This document shows, piece by piece, positions 19,311 through 33,800 of a stretch of 64,000 bases of DNA. The notes below the pieces were generated by a model. It searched no databases, was not told where the DNA came from, and saw nothing but the letters and a program-made list of their open reading frames with translations. The DNA comes from Eledone cirrhosa. Its lineage: Eukaryota. Both the position numbers and the translations under genes were made by a program. Within the stretch, counting starts at the first letter, position 1; each line of letters begins with the position of its first letter. The DNA lies in assembly GCA_964016885.1 (NCBI GenBank), contig OZ024741.1:56420001-56484000 (forward strand), in the 5' to 3' direction.

Positions 19311-21469
19311 CGTCCTATGCTATAAAATAATACATATAAATATGATAGTAGAGATTATTCAAAACCGTAGGGTCGCCGTCGTAACATACGGCATGTCTTG
19401 GAGATTTGAAACTTGCGAAGCCCATCCCTATCCAGGTCTAAATTCAATGGTTTTCTTCCAGATAAAGAGAGAAATAAAAAAGGATAGATAGAAAGAAAGA
19501 GAGGTGGAGAGAGGGTGGGGGGTGGGGTGGGGGGGGAGAGAAGAATCGACCTCAGCACAGGACTTGCGCTTTATTTACCAGCCTCGAAAGGATGAAAGGC
19601 AAATTTGATCTCGACAGTATTAGAAATCAGAGCGCAGAAAGCCAGAATGAATAACACTAAACACTCTTTCCAACGTTCTAACGACTCTACCAATAAGCTG
19701 CCATAATATTTAAATACCACATGTTATAAGTACTGTATATTCTAATATCATATGTAATAGTGAAGGACATCCAAATACCATCTGATATAGGATGATATAT
19801 CCTAATATCACCCGTTTTAGTATAGTATATTCAAACATCATAGGGTATAAAACAATACAAATATCATAAGCAAAAGTACAGCAAATTCGATTATATGTTA
19901 TAAAAGCGTATCTGGACCTATGCATTGTAGTTGGAGTTGGGTGAGGAGGTCTATGATAAAACGCCGTGGCTATCTTGTTTTGTATATTTACGATGACATA
20001 GTCAAACGTGTCCTTCACCCCCCCCCCAATAGGTTAGTATGTGATTTGATGGAATGTGTTGCTATTTCTAGCAAGTCGATCGAGCTCATTGTGACACTGA
20101 CACTTTAACAAGAGTTAAATGACTGAATCGTATTGATTTGTACAGGATTGTAATAGTATAGCGAGTTTATGGCAGCACCTTAGATATAGGTATGGACCCG
20201 TAACACACGATGGAGTGATAGGGGTGCCGACGTGATGGATTTTTGCGTATGTTAAATCATACCTGGCGAAACTCATCCCTTTTCCAGGCTAGAACATTGC
20301 CGATTTCTTCTAGAGAGAGAGAGAGAGAGGGAGGGGGTAGAGAGAGGGGGGGGGGGGATAGAGAGAGAGAGATGAACAATTAACCCCAATATTGGATTAG
20401 TGTTTTTTTATCGACCTTGAAAAAAGAAAGGCAATTTTAACTTCGATGCGTTTTAAACTCAGAGAACTCAGAGATCCGGGACGAATATCGCAAAACATTC
20501 TATCGATTCGCCGCACACCATAGATTATTGGAAATCACTTTCTCATGGCAAGTTATGTGTGCGTCGCGTTTTCGATTTTTGGTCGCGTTTTCGATTGCTG
20601 GAAAGTTGGCTACCGACTCGCAGTTCATCCGCTTTCATCACAAAGATGAAGCCGTGGGCGACTTGAATCGTTGTTACTAAGGTGACCAAGGAGTTCCATC
20701 TACTCCAGTTTTAAAATCATAGTGATCTTTCTCCTAGACAGACTGTAAACCAAGGCTAACCAGTTCTGTCTACCCATTTTCTTTTTACGCACTAATGGAT
20801 GGCTGTTGGCTCCCTTCATTTCTTCGCCCTTTGACGGGTTTTGTTTTTCATCTCGAAGGATGTCCAAAAACCACCCTCCTCACCAAGCAAGCTTGCTGGA
20901 GTTGCCGGTTTTGTCTCCGACGATCCGATCCTGTAACAGGTAGGTTGTACTGGGTTATATACAAGTTACCAGTAGTTCTCAGTGGCGACCTGACACATAT
21001 TTATAGCAAGCTTGAAATGTAAAGCAGGTAGGTATATTATATTCGACGATAAGTGTTCCATTATTTTTTACCAACGGAACAGCTCATGAAATTAATGTGG
21101 CAGTGGCTGAGCATTCCACAGACCCGACTATCCATGTGACATGACAATCCCGTTGAATTACAGATACAATCCGTCCGAAGGGCTTCCAAATAGTTTGCAT
21201 CTACCTAATATCATTCACAAGACATGGGTCAATCCAATGCCATGGTTAATGACACTTACTGAAGATGTTACGTAATGGGATCGAACTCAGGACCTAATGA
21301 TTGTGAAACGAACTTCTTAACCATTCGGTCATGCAGTGCCCACTCCAATTAGGTTAATGATGTGATAAATGATATCATAGCTGTAGAGTGTTTGGTTGTT
21401 AAATTTCTCTACTTTGTTATGCCAACGTTTCTTGATTGAGTTTTTCACATATGTGTATGTGTTGAACCT

Positions 21470-21775
21470 ATGACGCTTTCGACGATGAGTGTTCCAGTTG
21501 TTTGTTCAACGAAACAGTCTGCTCGTGAAATTAACGTGTAAGTGATTGAGAATTCCACAGACACGTGTACCCTTAACGTAGTTCACAAAGTGATCCAGCA
21601 TGACACTGTGTGTGACAAGGCTGACCCTTTGAATGACAGGTACAATTCATTTTTTCCAGTTGAGCAGACTGGAGCAACATGAAATAAAGCCTCTCGCTCA
21701 AGGAGATAACAGGAATTAAACTCACGACCTTACGATCAGCAGCCTCATACCATAACCACTAAGCCACATGCCTTC
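21470..21775 (-). mobile_element. SINE family B copy
   Basis: Homologous to 17762-18090 and 26244-26556. Confidence 0.75.
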
Positions 21776-21916
21776 AGATTTTCACATATATTCAGAAAGA
21801 TTGCTTGCTTTTTGGTTTGGCGTTGTTCAATACTCGACAGTAACTGCTCTGTACAAATTGGTAGATTTCGACAAAGAACACAATAACTAGATAGACAGAC
21901 AAATATATAGATAAAT

Positions 21917-21990
<74 letters not shown>

Positions 21991-22214
21991 CTGGAAAATA
22001 AACACACACACACACACACACAAACTCAGACACACATACACATATTAATACTTATATATACTCAAATATACAAATATGTAATATGGTTATATATATAAAA
22101 TGCATGTATATAATGCGTATATATATATATATATGTATATACATGTATATATATATATATATAATGCATGAATATATAATGCATATATATATATATACAT
22201 GTATATATATAAAC

Positions 22215-22247
<33 letters not shown>

Positions 22248-22266
22248 ATATACATGTATATATATA

Positions 22267-22339
<73 letters not shown>

Positions 22340-22419
22340 CAGAGTATCCCCCCAAAATGTATACACACTTTGATTAGAATGCTGTTGAAATGTTTATACA
22401 TTTTTTAGGGGACACCCTG
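22340..22419. mobile_element. 80-bp Tc1/mariner-type MITE
   Basis: Imperfect TIRs CAGAGTATCCCCCCAAAATGTATA / TATACATTTTTTAGGGGACACCCTG flanked by TA on both sides. Confidence 0.75.
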
Positions 22420-23269
22420 TATATATAAAAACCTGTTATTTTTTAAATCACCAACACAAGTTTTGTAGAATTGGATCATAATTTAGTTTTAGTGGAATGT
22501 GACGTTGGTTCCATTTTTGAGGGTATAGGCAACATGTTTATAGGAAAGGGTTAATGAGAGGTTGTGACGTCAATATCTTTTAATCGGGTCGGGGGATATT
22601 GACAGTAGATTTCAATTGATTTGGCTTTAATCAGTAACCATTACCGGGTTACAGTTTTAGATCATCTTAAGTTTACCTTTTTTATGATCTCTGGTGGTCT
22701 CAGCACTAATATTTCAAACATTTTCAAGTTTAAAGTAAATTTAAGGTAGATACTGCGGCCATTTTTGCATTAGACGACTTAGCTGTGAAATGTAAACAGA
22801 AAATGATAAGAGATTATTCTTATATCGACATTTCAACGATTATTGACACCTCATCTGTGGTTCCGTGTACAAAGGAATATTGTTGTAGAAACGCTATACA
22901 TGTCATACAAAATATAGAAAATACGTGAAGTGGCTAGTCTAATTTACATGACTTGCAGACGTTTGACGATGTAATTAAATACATACAGCACATATTTGAA
23001 GATTAAAGTAAACTTAAGGTAGATAGATATAACTACCGTTCCCGAATTAAAAGCCTTTGCCGTAAAAATAAGCTGCGAACATGGATTGCTTTGATTTTTG
23101 GGGACTAGGTAAAAAGCCCGTCTGTTGTTTTAAGAGAAGGAAAATCAGAAGAAAATAACTGATGTATGGCTGTGAATCATGGACCACATTCGAAACCATA
23201 GAAAAAAAAATCAATGCTACAGAAATGTAGTTTTTTGTAAAGAATGCTACGTAATTCATATCAGGCTAG

Positions 23270-23700
23270 AATCATACATAAAGAAGTGTTAGGAAAAACA
23301 AAAACTTTTTGAATACCTTCAAAAAATTATTGAACACCATCAGGAATCAACAAACAAAATTATTTCGGTATATAATAAAAAGAGAGTCACTTGGAACATT
23401 TGGTAGCAACAGGAAAGAAAGATAATTGGAAAAAAGAGCAGAGTTAGACAAATATTAAAACTAATAGATGGGTTAACATCTTGGCTAGCGGCATGTGGTG
23501 TATGGTAGTATTGGTATGTTTTGGGGGTATTAAATGAGAAGAGAGTCCCCGGAACAACTAATAATAATAGGAAAAATAGATAATAGGAAAAGTGAATAGA
23601 AACAGATAAAAATAAAAACTAAGGTATGAATTAACATCTTGGCTTGCCACTAAGAAGGCAATCTTTTCCATTCTGTCCGCCGGGGGCCACATGGCGAACT
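23270..23700 (+). mobile_element. RTE LINE 3' remnant
   Basis: Broken frames reading TIR.QQ.K.FG.I.KRESLEHLVATGK...KRA.. and KL.DGLTSWL. Confidence 0.55.
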
Positions 23701-24157
23701 AACACTTAAACAGAGAAAGGGTGGGATAAACAGCATGATATAATGAATATCAAGAGAGAAAAGTTCGAATTCTGTTTAAATAGTTGAATTAACTGACTGA
23801 ATACTTGTCTTTGATTCACTCAAATAACACACTTGACAAAACAGTGAAGCCTGAAATAAGGTTTCTACGTTGTTTCATGTGGTTAAAGTGACAACCACAA
23901 TGAGACGGCACAAGATGGGAAGAGAGATGATCGTCTATTGATTGAAAATTAGGCGGCCGTCACGTTTATATTTTCGCGCAAGGAGTTTACATGTAAAAAT
24001 GATGTGAAAGTTGGCCACAACAAGGGAAGGGACATTTACCGTAGACCGTAGACCCGGCCTGTCACTCGACACAGAGATTATTTATATATCGATCCCACAT
24101 GAGTAGTAAGAAAAGACGATCGTTCAAGAGCTCGAGATTTGAACGAATTTAATTTTA

Positions 24158-24209
<52 letters not shown>

Positions 24210-24952
24210 GTATGTATATTTTTAATATAGCAAGCAAATTTTAGGGAAGGGTAAAGTTGATTAAATCAACCCCAGTACTTGACTGGTACTTTATTTTATC
24301 GACTCCGGATGGACGAAAGGCAAAGTTGACCTCGGCGGGATTTGAACTCAGAATGTAAAGAGTCAGAACAAATACTGCAATAGCATTTTATTCGGCGCTT
24401 TACCAATTCTGCAATATCACTACCCTTAACTGTGAAGTTTGGCTACAATCTGAGATTGAAACCTTACCATAGACTCACTCGGCTTGTCGCTCTCCCCATC
24501 AGTTATTTAAATAGCGAACCAATATGAGTAGTAAAAAAAACCCAACGACTGTCCAAGTTCCAGTTTGAGATTTGAACTAACTTAGCTGAAGTATTATATA
24601 CATAGTATTATGTATATGCAGTATTAGAGTTTGTGATATATAGATGCTAAATACACGATAGAGTGGTCACTTATTACGAAAGAAAACAAGCATGGATCTA
24701 TATAGGATTCAAAACTAGAGATTGAGCAGGTTAGAACAAGCGTGAAATCTTCGATAATGGAACCAAAAACAGACCTATGAAACTTAAAGTACTTTTGAAG
24801 GCGAAGGCTAATTGCCACGTATTAAAGCCCCCCCCCCCCCACCACATATATAAATGTATATATATATATATATATATGTATGTATATATATATATATGTA
24901 TATGTATATATATTTATATATATATGTACACACACATATATATATATGTATG

Positions 24953-24984
<32 letters not shown>

Positions 24985-25621
24985 GTAACGGTGTTTTAGG
25001 CGGGGACGTTGTTAGGGGATTGACTTTACGCTTTTGTGAATATATGTCTGTATATATTTTCGTTTGTAGCGCCACGTACAGAATAATCCAAATCATGTCG
25101 TATCTATGATGATGATCATCATCGTCATCATCATTATCATCTTCGTCATCACCGTCATAATCTCCGTCCACCTCCTCCTCAACTTATCATCATCATCATC
25201 ATCATCATCATCACCATTATCACCATAATGATCATGATCACGATCATCACCCTTATCAGCCCCTTTCCCGCTCCTCCACACGTCTTTGTATCACATGTGT
25301 GCAGTAGCAGTATACTGGTGGATGGCTACACCAACAAACCATGTCTCGAACTCATAGGAAGGTTTGCCAACGAATTATCATCGTTGTTATTATTATTTCA
25401 TCATCATCATCGTCGTCATTTTTATTATTATTCTTATTGTCATTATTATTGTTATCATTACTATTTATTATCATTATTGTTATTGTTATATCTACTATTT
25501 TTGCTTTTCCTTTAAAGATTTCTCCTGCCCTTTACTCGATGTAAACCCCACTTTGGGTTGTTTTGTTTTTCGTCCTTTTATTGTCCCCCAACGTGAAGCG
25601 TCCTTGTGGTCAATAAAAGAA

Positions 25622-25667
<46 letters not shown>

Positions 25668-26243
25668 TTATCATCATCATCTGTAGTACTGTTACGGCAC
25701 CGGAATCTGTGTCATTAGGTTCTACTTTAGTCACATATATACCTTACAAAAATAACAAAAAACAAACAAACATTTTATTAATTTCTTCCCCCCACCCTTT
25801 TCCTCCCAGGGCCGCCTTGTTAACACGGCTTCAAGCGGTATAGGATGTTAAGATGTAATTCTTAATATTCTATACTGCATGAAACCTCATTAACTAAACA
25901 TTTCTGAAAAATATAAAATGGCACTATGACTGCATTACATTAAACATTTAAGACTTTAGTTTACTGCAAATATAGGCTTGGTAAAATAAAACAACAACAA
26001 CATCATACAATAATACAAAACAAATAAAAATGGCGTTTGATTAATCCGAACTATGGAAAAACACACTCCAAATGAAAGGTTTCCACGGTTGCAATATCAT
26101 ATACTAAACATGAATGTGCTCCTTAGGTTACATTGTACATATACATACATTCACACACACACACACATACATATATATATGTATACACACACCCATATGC
26201 ATACATGCATACATACAAATATATATATATATATATATTAAAC

Positions 26244-26658
<415 letters not shown>

Positions 26659-26761
26659 ATATATATCAAGTAAAGTAACGGAGTAAAGGACCCGCGTTTA
26701 TCCTTGTAATTCAATGAGCTCGTAATTGAAAACACATTCTCTTGTGTTTTTTCCTCTCTAT

Positions 26762-26814
<53 letters not shown>

Positions 26815-27519
26815 AATAGTCTAGTATAAATACATATGTATCACACACACACACATATATATGTACATACACACATACACACACACATACATATATATAT
26901 GTGTGTGTGCGTCTGTGTATGTATGTACATATATACATCCTCTCTTTCTATACATTCGCATCCTCCATTTCCCCTACTCTTTCTCACTATCAATTAAGCT
27001 ATACTTAACAAATGAGAAATTTGAAACATAAAAAGATCAAAAACAAAAACAAAGAACAACAACAAAAAAAGCAAACATAGCAACAACAACAACAAAAAGG
27101 TAACACACTCAATAAATAAATTACAGGAGCCTTCTTAAGAAACATCTGATTATCATGAATAATGCTCGGTATACTTAGAAAAAGGCTATGATACAAGAAC
27201 GTATTCGTCATACTTGTTTTGTTAATGAAATTACGGTTTAATGAGGAAGACATTGTGAATATCGTTTTGTGTGCAAGAAGCAAGTAATAAATCTGCAAGA
27301 AAACCTAATTTAGAAATCTACTTGCGACTATATTTTATTTTATTTTTATATATTGTTATTGCCTCCTCCTTATTGAGGACGCCTTGTTTTGTAAACTCCC
27401 CCCATTGTACTTGTCCCACTTTTGATGCCCTGGTGGCAAATAAAAGAAACATATCTATGTAAACTTCCCTCTTTGTATCTGTCCCCTTCTTTTGTGCCCC
27501 TGTGGCTAATAAAGAAACA

Positions 27520-27584
<65 letters not shown>

Positions 27585-27585
27585 G

Positions 27586-27629
<44 letters not shown>

Positions 27630-27744
27630 GTTTATTGTTAGTTATTAATGTTAAAGTTATTTTTATGTAAAACCCCCGCCGTCACGTCTTGTAATGTCCC
27701 ATTTGTGTACGCCGCTGTGGCAAATAAAGAAAGATATCTATCTA

Positions 27745-27791
<47 letters not shown>

Positions 27792-28147
27792 CTCTGTCTT
27801 TCTATCTATCCATCTATCTATCTATCTATCTCTCTATATATATAACTGTAGGTCGCTTTCTGCACATATACAAACGTATTAGTATATACAGAAGTGCCCA
27901 CAACGAGAAATAAAGAAAAACATTGTATCAGTTTGGGTGAGAATCGATCTCATATCCTGCAGATTCCGGCTGCCAAACGGTGTCCCTTTAATATACAGAT
28001 TGACTGCTTAACTAGAAAACTCATAGTTCGGGCTAATAATATTCATATTAAATTCTTCGATGTGTGTGGAATCTTCGCTCATTGATTTTGCAAATAAATG
28101 TACAAATACTACTTGTTTAGGATACATACATATATACATACATACAC

Positions 28148-28178
<31 letters not shown>

Positions 28179-28186
28179 CATACATA

Positions 28187-28230
<44 letters not shown>

Positions 28231-28490
28231 GTGACCCGCTTAGTCATCTGTTTAATAAAATTGCGATCCATTGTTTCTGAGGATAGACAGCAGAATAGAT
28301 ATGCAGAGTAGAGGCTGATGATGAGGAGTTGCATAACTGTCATCAATTAGTCTGCACATCGATAATTTTGCTCTCTGAAACGATCGGATTAATTAATTAC
28401 TTTACCTTATTTTTCTTATTTTTTCATTGCTTAACTTATATATATAAATATGTATGTATTGATATGGATATATATTTCGTATCGTAAAAT

Positions 28491-28581
28491 ATGGTAGTTA
28501 CTTATAAGTTTCACCTTTGCCGGCTCTACCGACAGACTGCAAGCTGAGTCTGCAAAGGCGAAACTTATAAGTAACTATCAT
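28491..28581. repeat. Foldback, 30-bp arms
   Basis: 28491-28520 pairs with 28552-28581 (two mismatches); contains GAAA-CTTATAAG-TA. Confidence 0.85.
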
Positions 28582-28932
28582 CGTTTACAATATTAGATGT
28601 AATAGGTTTAATTGACACATTTCTTATGGAGTTCTATATCAGGTATATTTTAAAAATTGCATAATATATACCCATATATGTTGCACAACTATTACATCAC
28701 GGTATTACACAAATAATATGTTATGCTCATACATATACATATATATATATATGGTATATATATCATATATAATATATTCAACATATATTATATGATATTC
28801 ATATATATATATATATAGAGATAATAAATATATATATATATATATTTATATATTCATATATATATATGATATATATATATTTATATATGCATATATATGT
28901 GATATGTATAAACCTAAAATGCCTTGCAGAGC

Positions 28933-29240
28933 TCATAAGACGATGGTAGCGGATTGAATTCCAACTTCATTATCTTGCATATAACCAGAGTCACCTTTAT
29001 CCTCAAAACCTGGAACTATTCGTACCATATCGTCCATATGGGCGTTGCGAAGAAGATACAGGGAGATTCCGAACACTGCCGCTAATTCCGACGATATGAA
29101 AGAGACGCCGGCAAAGAAAAATGACCATCCATAGAAGTAAGAGAACTTTGGTTTCTCAACGCCATCCAATTTGGCCCTGTGGCCAACTTCATCATTCACT
29201 GCTGATATATACACTATGATTCCAACAGATAGGACCAGAC
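28933..29240 (-). CDS. CACNG: TARP / voltage-dependent calcium channel gamma (stargazin-like, claudin fold), last coding exon
   Basis: ttttttgcag acceptor, phase 1. Reads GLVLSVGIIVYISAVNDEV...FSYFYGWSFFFAGVSFISSELAAVFGISLY..., matching the TM3-ECL2-TM4 YIS..NDE and YGWSF signature. Ends ATIVL-stop. Confidence 0.9.
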
Positions 29241-29308
29241 CTGCAAAAAAACAAGTATAAAACGATGACGACGACGACGAATATATATATATATATATTA
29301 ATAATAAT

Positions 29309-29500
29309 AAAATAACAGATTAAAGTTTAAGCAAAGAATCGCTGCTTTCTTCTTTAACGGGATCTTCTGAAAATTTGCTTAAACTTTAATCTGTTATTTT
29401 AATAAATATTTGCTCTACGGTTTTTATATATTTTTATACATATATTATCCTTATCGAGCCCTCTTCGGATTTTAGTCTTCACATTTATTATTATTACTAT
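29309..29500. mobile_element. Foldback (27-bp arms) within a PLE pseudo-LTR-like repeat
   Basis: 29309-29335 pairs with 29374-29400. The region ~29375-29500 is the reverse complement of ~38596-38722. Confidence 0.75.
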
Positions 29501-29505
29501 ATATA

Positions 29506-29607
<102 letters not shown>

Positions 29608-29764
29608 ATTCTTTTAAAGAATCTTGCTAAACAAATTCAGAAACGAAATATATATATATACATATATACATATATACATATATACATATATACATATATA
29701 CATAAATACATATATACATATAAAAAGAGAAAATTTCGCTCTACATGGCTGAATACAATGAATG

Positions 29765-29998
29765 TAATCTGAGTTTTTCGAATATTAATAATAACATTCG
29801 ATTCGTTTGCAATTGTGCAAACAAGCCTCAATTGTATAGCCATGTCAGTAGAATGAACACTTCATTCTTCTGTTCGCATGCCAACACCAGAGCAAGAATG
29901 AAGTGTTCATTCTACTGACATGGCTATACAATTGAGGCTTGTTTGCACAATTGCAAACGATTCGAATGTTATTATTAATATTCGAAAAACTCAGATTA
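29765..29998. repeat. Foldback, 105-bp arms, 24-nt loop
   Basis: 29765-29869 pairs with 29894-29998 (one mismatch), next to (TA)n. Confidence 0.92.
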
Positions 29999-30007
29999 GA
30001 TATATAC

Positions 30008-30078
<71 letters not shown>

Positions 30079-30147
30079 TGTGTGTGTGTTAAGTATTTCG
30101 TAGAAAAGGTAAAGGAAAGAAGAGTGCTCTATGTATAATACAGCGCA

Positions 30148-30354
30148 ATTTAATTACATAATAAACAAGACAATATAATTATTCCATTACAAAAGGTTTC
30201 AAGAAACTAGACGATTCTTACAGAAACGTCCAGATGAAATAGATGACTATTTCATCTGATGAACGGGCTATAACGTTTCTGTAAGAATCATCTAGTTTCT
30301 TGAAACCTTTTGTAATGGAATAATTATATTGTCTTGTTTATTATGTAATTAAAT
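30148..30354. repeat. Foldback, 82-bp arms, with hammerhead core fragments at the centre
   Basis: 30148-30229 pairs with 30273-30354. Nested 12-bp hairpin 30231-30258; GAAACGTC at 30223-30230; CTGATGA at 30256-30262. Confidence 0.9.
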
Positions 30355-30678
30355 AATATATATATTTTGTGTGTGATGGCTGCAAACTCTGCTAAGAGTA
30401 TTGCAATCGCTTGTCAGATTATAGAGTTTGGTGCACTTTCAGGCTATGGCCAGCCTCACGAACCTGTAACATAACCTGAACAAGCAATACCTGTGCTTTG
30501 AAGGTTTTTTAAGTGGGGATAAGCCTTGCACTCGACCAATCCCACTCTCTGAGCATCGAAAACACTACCCGAAAAGGAGAACTGATCAACACCATTGGAT
30601 ACTTCCGAATCCGCAGGTTTTTTTTTCAGAGTTTCTCCCTCTTAGAAAGGTGTTGTGACAATAACTGGAGGTGAGAAA

Positions 30679-30803
<125 letters not shown>

Positions 30804-30908
30804 TTATCATCCTGAACAATTATACAGAGGAAAGCAAATCTCCCTCGCTCTCTTACTCCAATTCCCTCTTTCTGTCTCTCAATCCTTCTCTCTCTCTCTC
30901 ATTCTCTG

Positions 30909-30940
<32 letters not shown>

Positions 30941-31020
30941 GCTCTCTCTCTCTCCTCCTCTCCCCCTCTCTCCCACTCTCTCTCTCTCTCTATATTTATA
31001 TATAAATATATATATATATG

Positions 31021-31201
31021 ATAGAAAAAACGAGGAAGTTTCGTTTACATATATCTTTTGCAGTCTGAGGAGCAGATCGATACGGGAATCGGGTCCATAA
31101 CTCCTATGTGTCACCTTGAGGCAATCCTCTGCGAAACGCGCGTAACAGGTCGATATCCAATAAATATTTTTCATATGTAAACGAAACTTCCTCGTTTTTT
31201 C

Positions 31202-31204
<3 letters not shown>
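31021..31204. mobile_element. Mini-element with perfect 32-bp inverted termini in (TA)n
   Basis: 31021-31052 pairs with 31173-31204; a related terminus is at ~13225-13255. Confidence 0.85.
31060..31149 (+). ncRNA. Type I hammerhead ribozyme with long loop II
   Basis: CTGAGGA (31065-71), stem II GCAGA/TCTGC, GAAA (31133-36), palindromic CGCGCG, GUA site; weak stem I. Confidence 0.65.
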
Positions 31205-31239
<35 letters not shown>

Positions 31240-31735
31240 GAAAAAACGTCACCAGCCATGTTTCTCCATGTGTGTTTATTTTCATAATTCCGCACGAGGT
31301 GAACTAGCCTGCTTTTAAATTCCCTTTCTGGTATATTTTGGCAGTGGGATTTTGGTTATCGTGTTGAGCTCTACTGATGAACGGTTACAACCGTGACTAA
31401 TCCCACTGAAAAGTTTCGTGAAATAGTCTTTTTAAGACTATATAGAGCATTTGTAGTTTTTACAAATTGAAGGATGAGTATTTAAACTTTATTTTATTCT
31501 GAGTTAAGACTCAATTGGTTTTTTCCCTGGATTTCACAAAATCTGTGGATAAAATCTCTGTCTTGATTTTTTTAAAATTGAGTTTGAATTATTTCCCCAT
31601 ATCTTACGTTAATTATTTTGACGTTATAGTCACTTATATATTATGAAATACTGTTGGCTTCTTGCTCACATTAATTTCTCTATTTATATATATATATATA
31701 TATATATACGTTCAACAATCTAGCAGGAAGGTATA

Positions 31736-31776
31736 CGTTGCTGACGATAGCTAATAAGCTTGAAACTAGTACAGCG
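31736..31776 (+). ncRNA. Minimal type I hammerhead ribozyme (PLE-type)
   Basis: cgttg-CTGACGA-t agct aata agct t-GAAA-CTAG-TA-cagcg: 5-bp stem I, palindromic helix III, GUA site. Confidence 0.75.
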
Positions 31777-32752
31777 TCCCTTTGTCAGTGTTGAACAAAC
31801 GAGCAACGATGGTTACTAGACACTACGGCTTAATACGGGATGTTTGTTTACAAACACACCGAGCATTATAATAAATGTTCGGTGAATCCATACGTACATA
31901 TATATATATGTCTGCATGTATGTATATATATATACATACTACTGTACGTCTGTATACATATATGTATGTACGTGTACATACTTATATATATATATATATA
32001 TCTTTTTGGTATGCCGCGTAGTGTGTTGAAATTGCTTCTCGTAGTAAACTGTTTTTGGTCTTGTGCTTATGTTAAAACAATTATTATGAAGGGTGGTGTG
32101 GATTGACTGAATTATTGAAGCTTCAGACAAAATGCTTCGCGGCATTTGATTATCGGTCTTTACAGTTTGAGTTGAATTGCCGCCAATCTCACCCGTTTCT
32201 CGCTCTCTTTCTTTCTTTCGTTCCCTTTCCTGTTCTATCTTCCTCATTTTTACTCTTTCTCCCTCTTCTTCTTTCTCTCCCAAATGATATCAATGTCAAA
32301 TAACAATTTTTGTTCATTGCTATTTAAAATAATAGCCTTGCAAATTCGTGTTATACATAACACTAACTTCATTCGGCAATTTTATTTTTACAGAGACTTT
32401 TGTTTTTTTATGCCATAAAGTATCCGACCTTCTGATCAAACGAAGGAAGCAATGTTTCCATTGGTCTTTTCATTGCTGAACTATTTGTCGGCAGCAACAC
32501 GTGGTAGAAAGAGGTGAGGTTGTTTCAGTTTAGAACGCACGGAGCCAGATCAGATACCGCAAAGTGTCTCGTCTGATTCTTTAATACAATTCTAGCAATC
32601 CCCCTACCCATGGATTGGTACTTTACTTATCGACCCCGAATGGTTGAGCAGTAAAGATGATCTCGGTGGATATTTGAATGCAGAGTGCAAAGATCTGGAA
32701 CAAATGCCGAAGTATTTAATCCGACTCTACCAAACCGGTGCCATAAACCAGA

Positions 32753-32864
32753 TCCAGGACCTGCACCTGAGTATTTAGTGTCCAATGCCTGAACTTGAGT
32801 ATTTAGTGTCCAGGACATATACCTGGGTATTTAGTGTCCAGGACCTGCACCTGAGTATTCAGTG
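32753..32864. repeat. 28-bp minisatellite, four copies
   Basis: Consensus TCCAGGACCTGCACCTGAGTATTTAGTG. Confidence 0.9.
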
Positions 32865-33611
32865 CCCAAGGTTACAATGTGTGACCCCTTTACTCGGAAT
32901 TATGCTTCCTATTCTCTCAAATAAAATAAGGCTACAAATCAAGGTTTTGGCACTTCTTGCTCTGACTATACTAAAAACAAATACTAAGCAAGCTTGCATT
33001 CTATACTACACAGCCCACACTCACCCGTCATGATGTTATAGGTCATAACAATATAAGACCCTCTCCACCGCTTTCGACATTTCTACAACTTTGCTACATG
33101 GCAAAGTTGTTTAGTGATATATTTATTGATTACAGGAAGTTATCATATATTTAACTTAATTATATACAGTACTTTAAGATTCAGTAATGCACTACTCTAA
33201 GATGTGTGCTCTAGGCTGCTGCCGAGTTGGCCTTAATGGTAGCGTCGTCTCTGACCACACTAACAACATTAACCACAATAACTTTACCGAGGAATTAAGG
33301 AATTATATATTTCTAAATAAATCCTTGGTTATCCTGTTGTGGAACTCTCTGTTACAAATTTAGGTTTACAATAACAAAAGACTATAAATCTATTTGTAAA
33401 TAAAGATGTATTTTCCAAAATGGCTGACTAAATAAACACGTGTTTTCCTCTTGAAAAATTTGTTTTCTTGTTTTCTTTCTTTTCTTACTCTCGTCTATCT
33501 TTATATTTCTTCTTCTCTCTCTCGTTCTATCTTCCGATGAAGGATTGTCGTCCTCGCCGTTAAGAAACTTTTCCTATTACATCAAGTGTAAAACTAATAT
33601 ATATCATTATT

Positions 33612-33800
33612 GGTGGATTGGCAGTATCGGTAGAGGGTCGGGCGCCATGCTTTGCAACAAAGAGTTACGGCCCTTTATGGTCTGAGTTCAAATCCCGCCG
33701 AGGTTAACTTTGCTTTCATCCTTACGGGGTCGATAAAATAAAGTACCAGTAATACACTGGAATAATTGCTGGCCTTGTGCCAAAAAGTAGAAACAATTAT
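33612..33800 (+). mobile_element. SINE family A copy
   Basis: Matches the family A consensus. Confidence 0.8.

Noticed and set aside
32627-32818. SGLWH peptide resembling the claudin/TARP GLW motif
   Set aside because: It lies downstream of later exons (wrong order) and overlaps a minisatellite and SINE.
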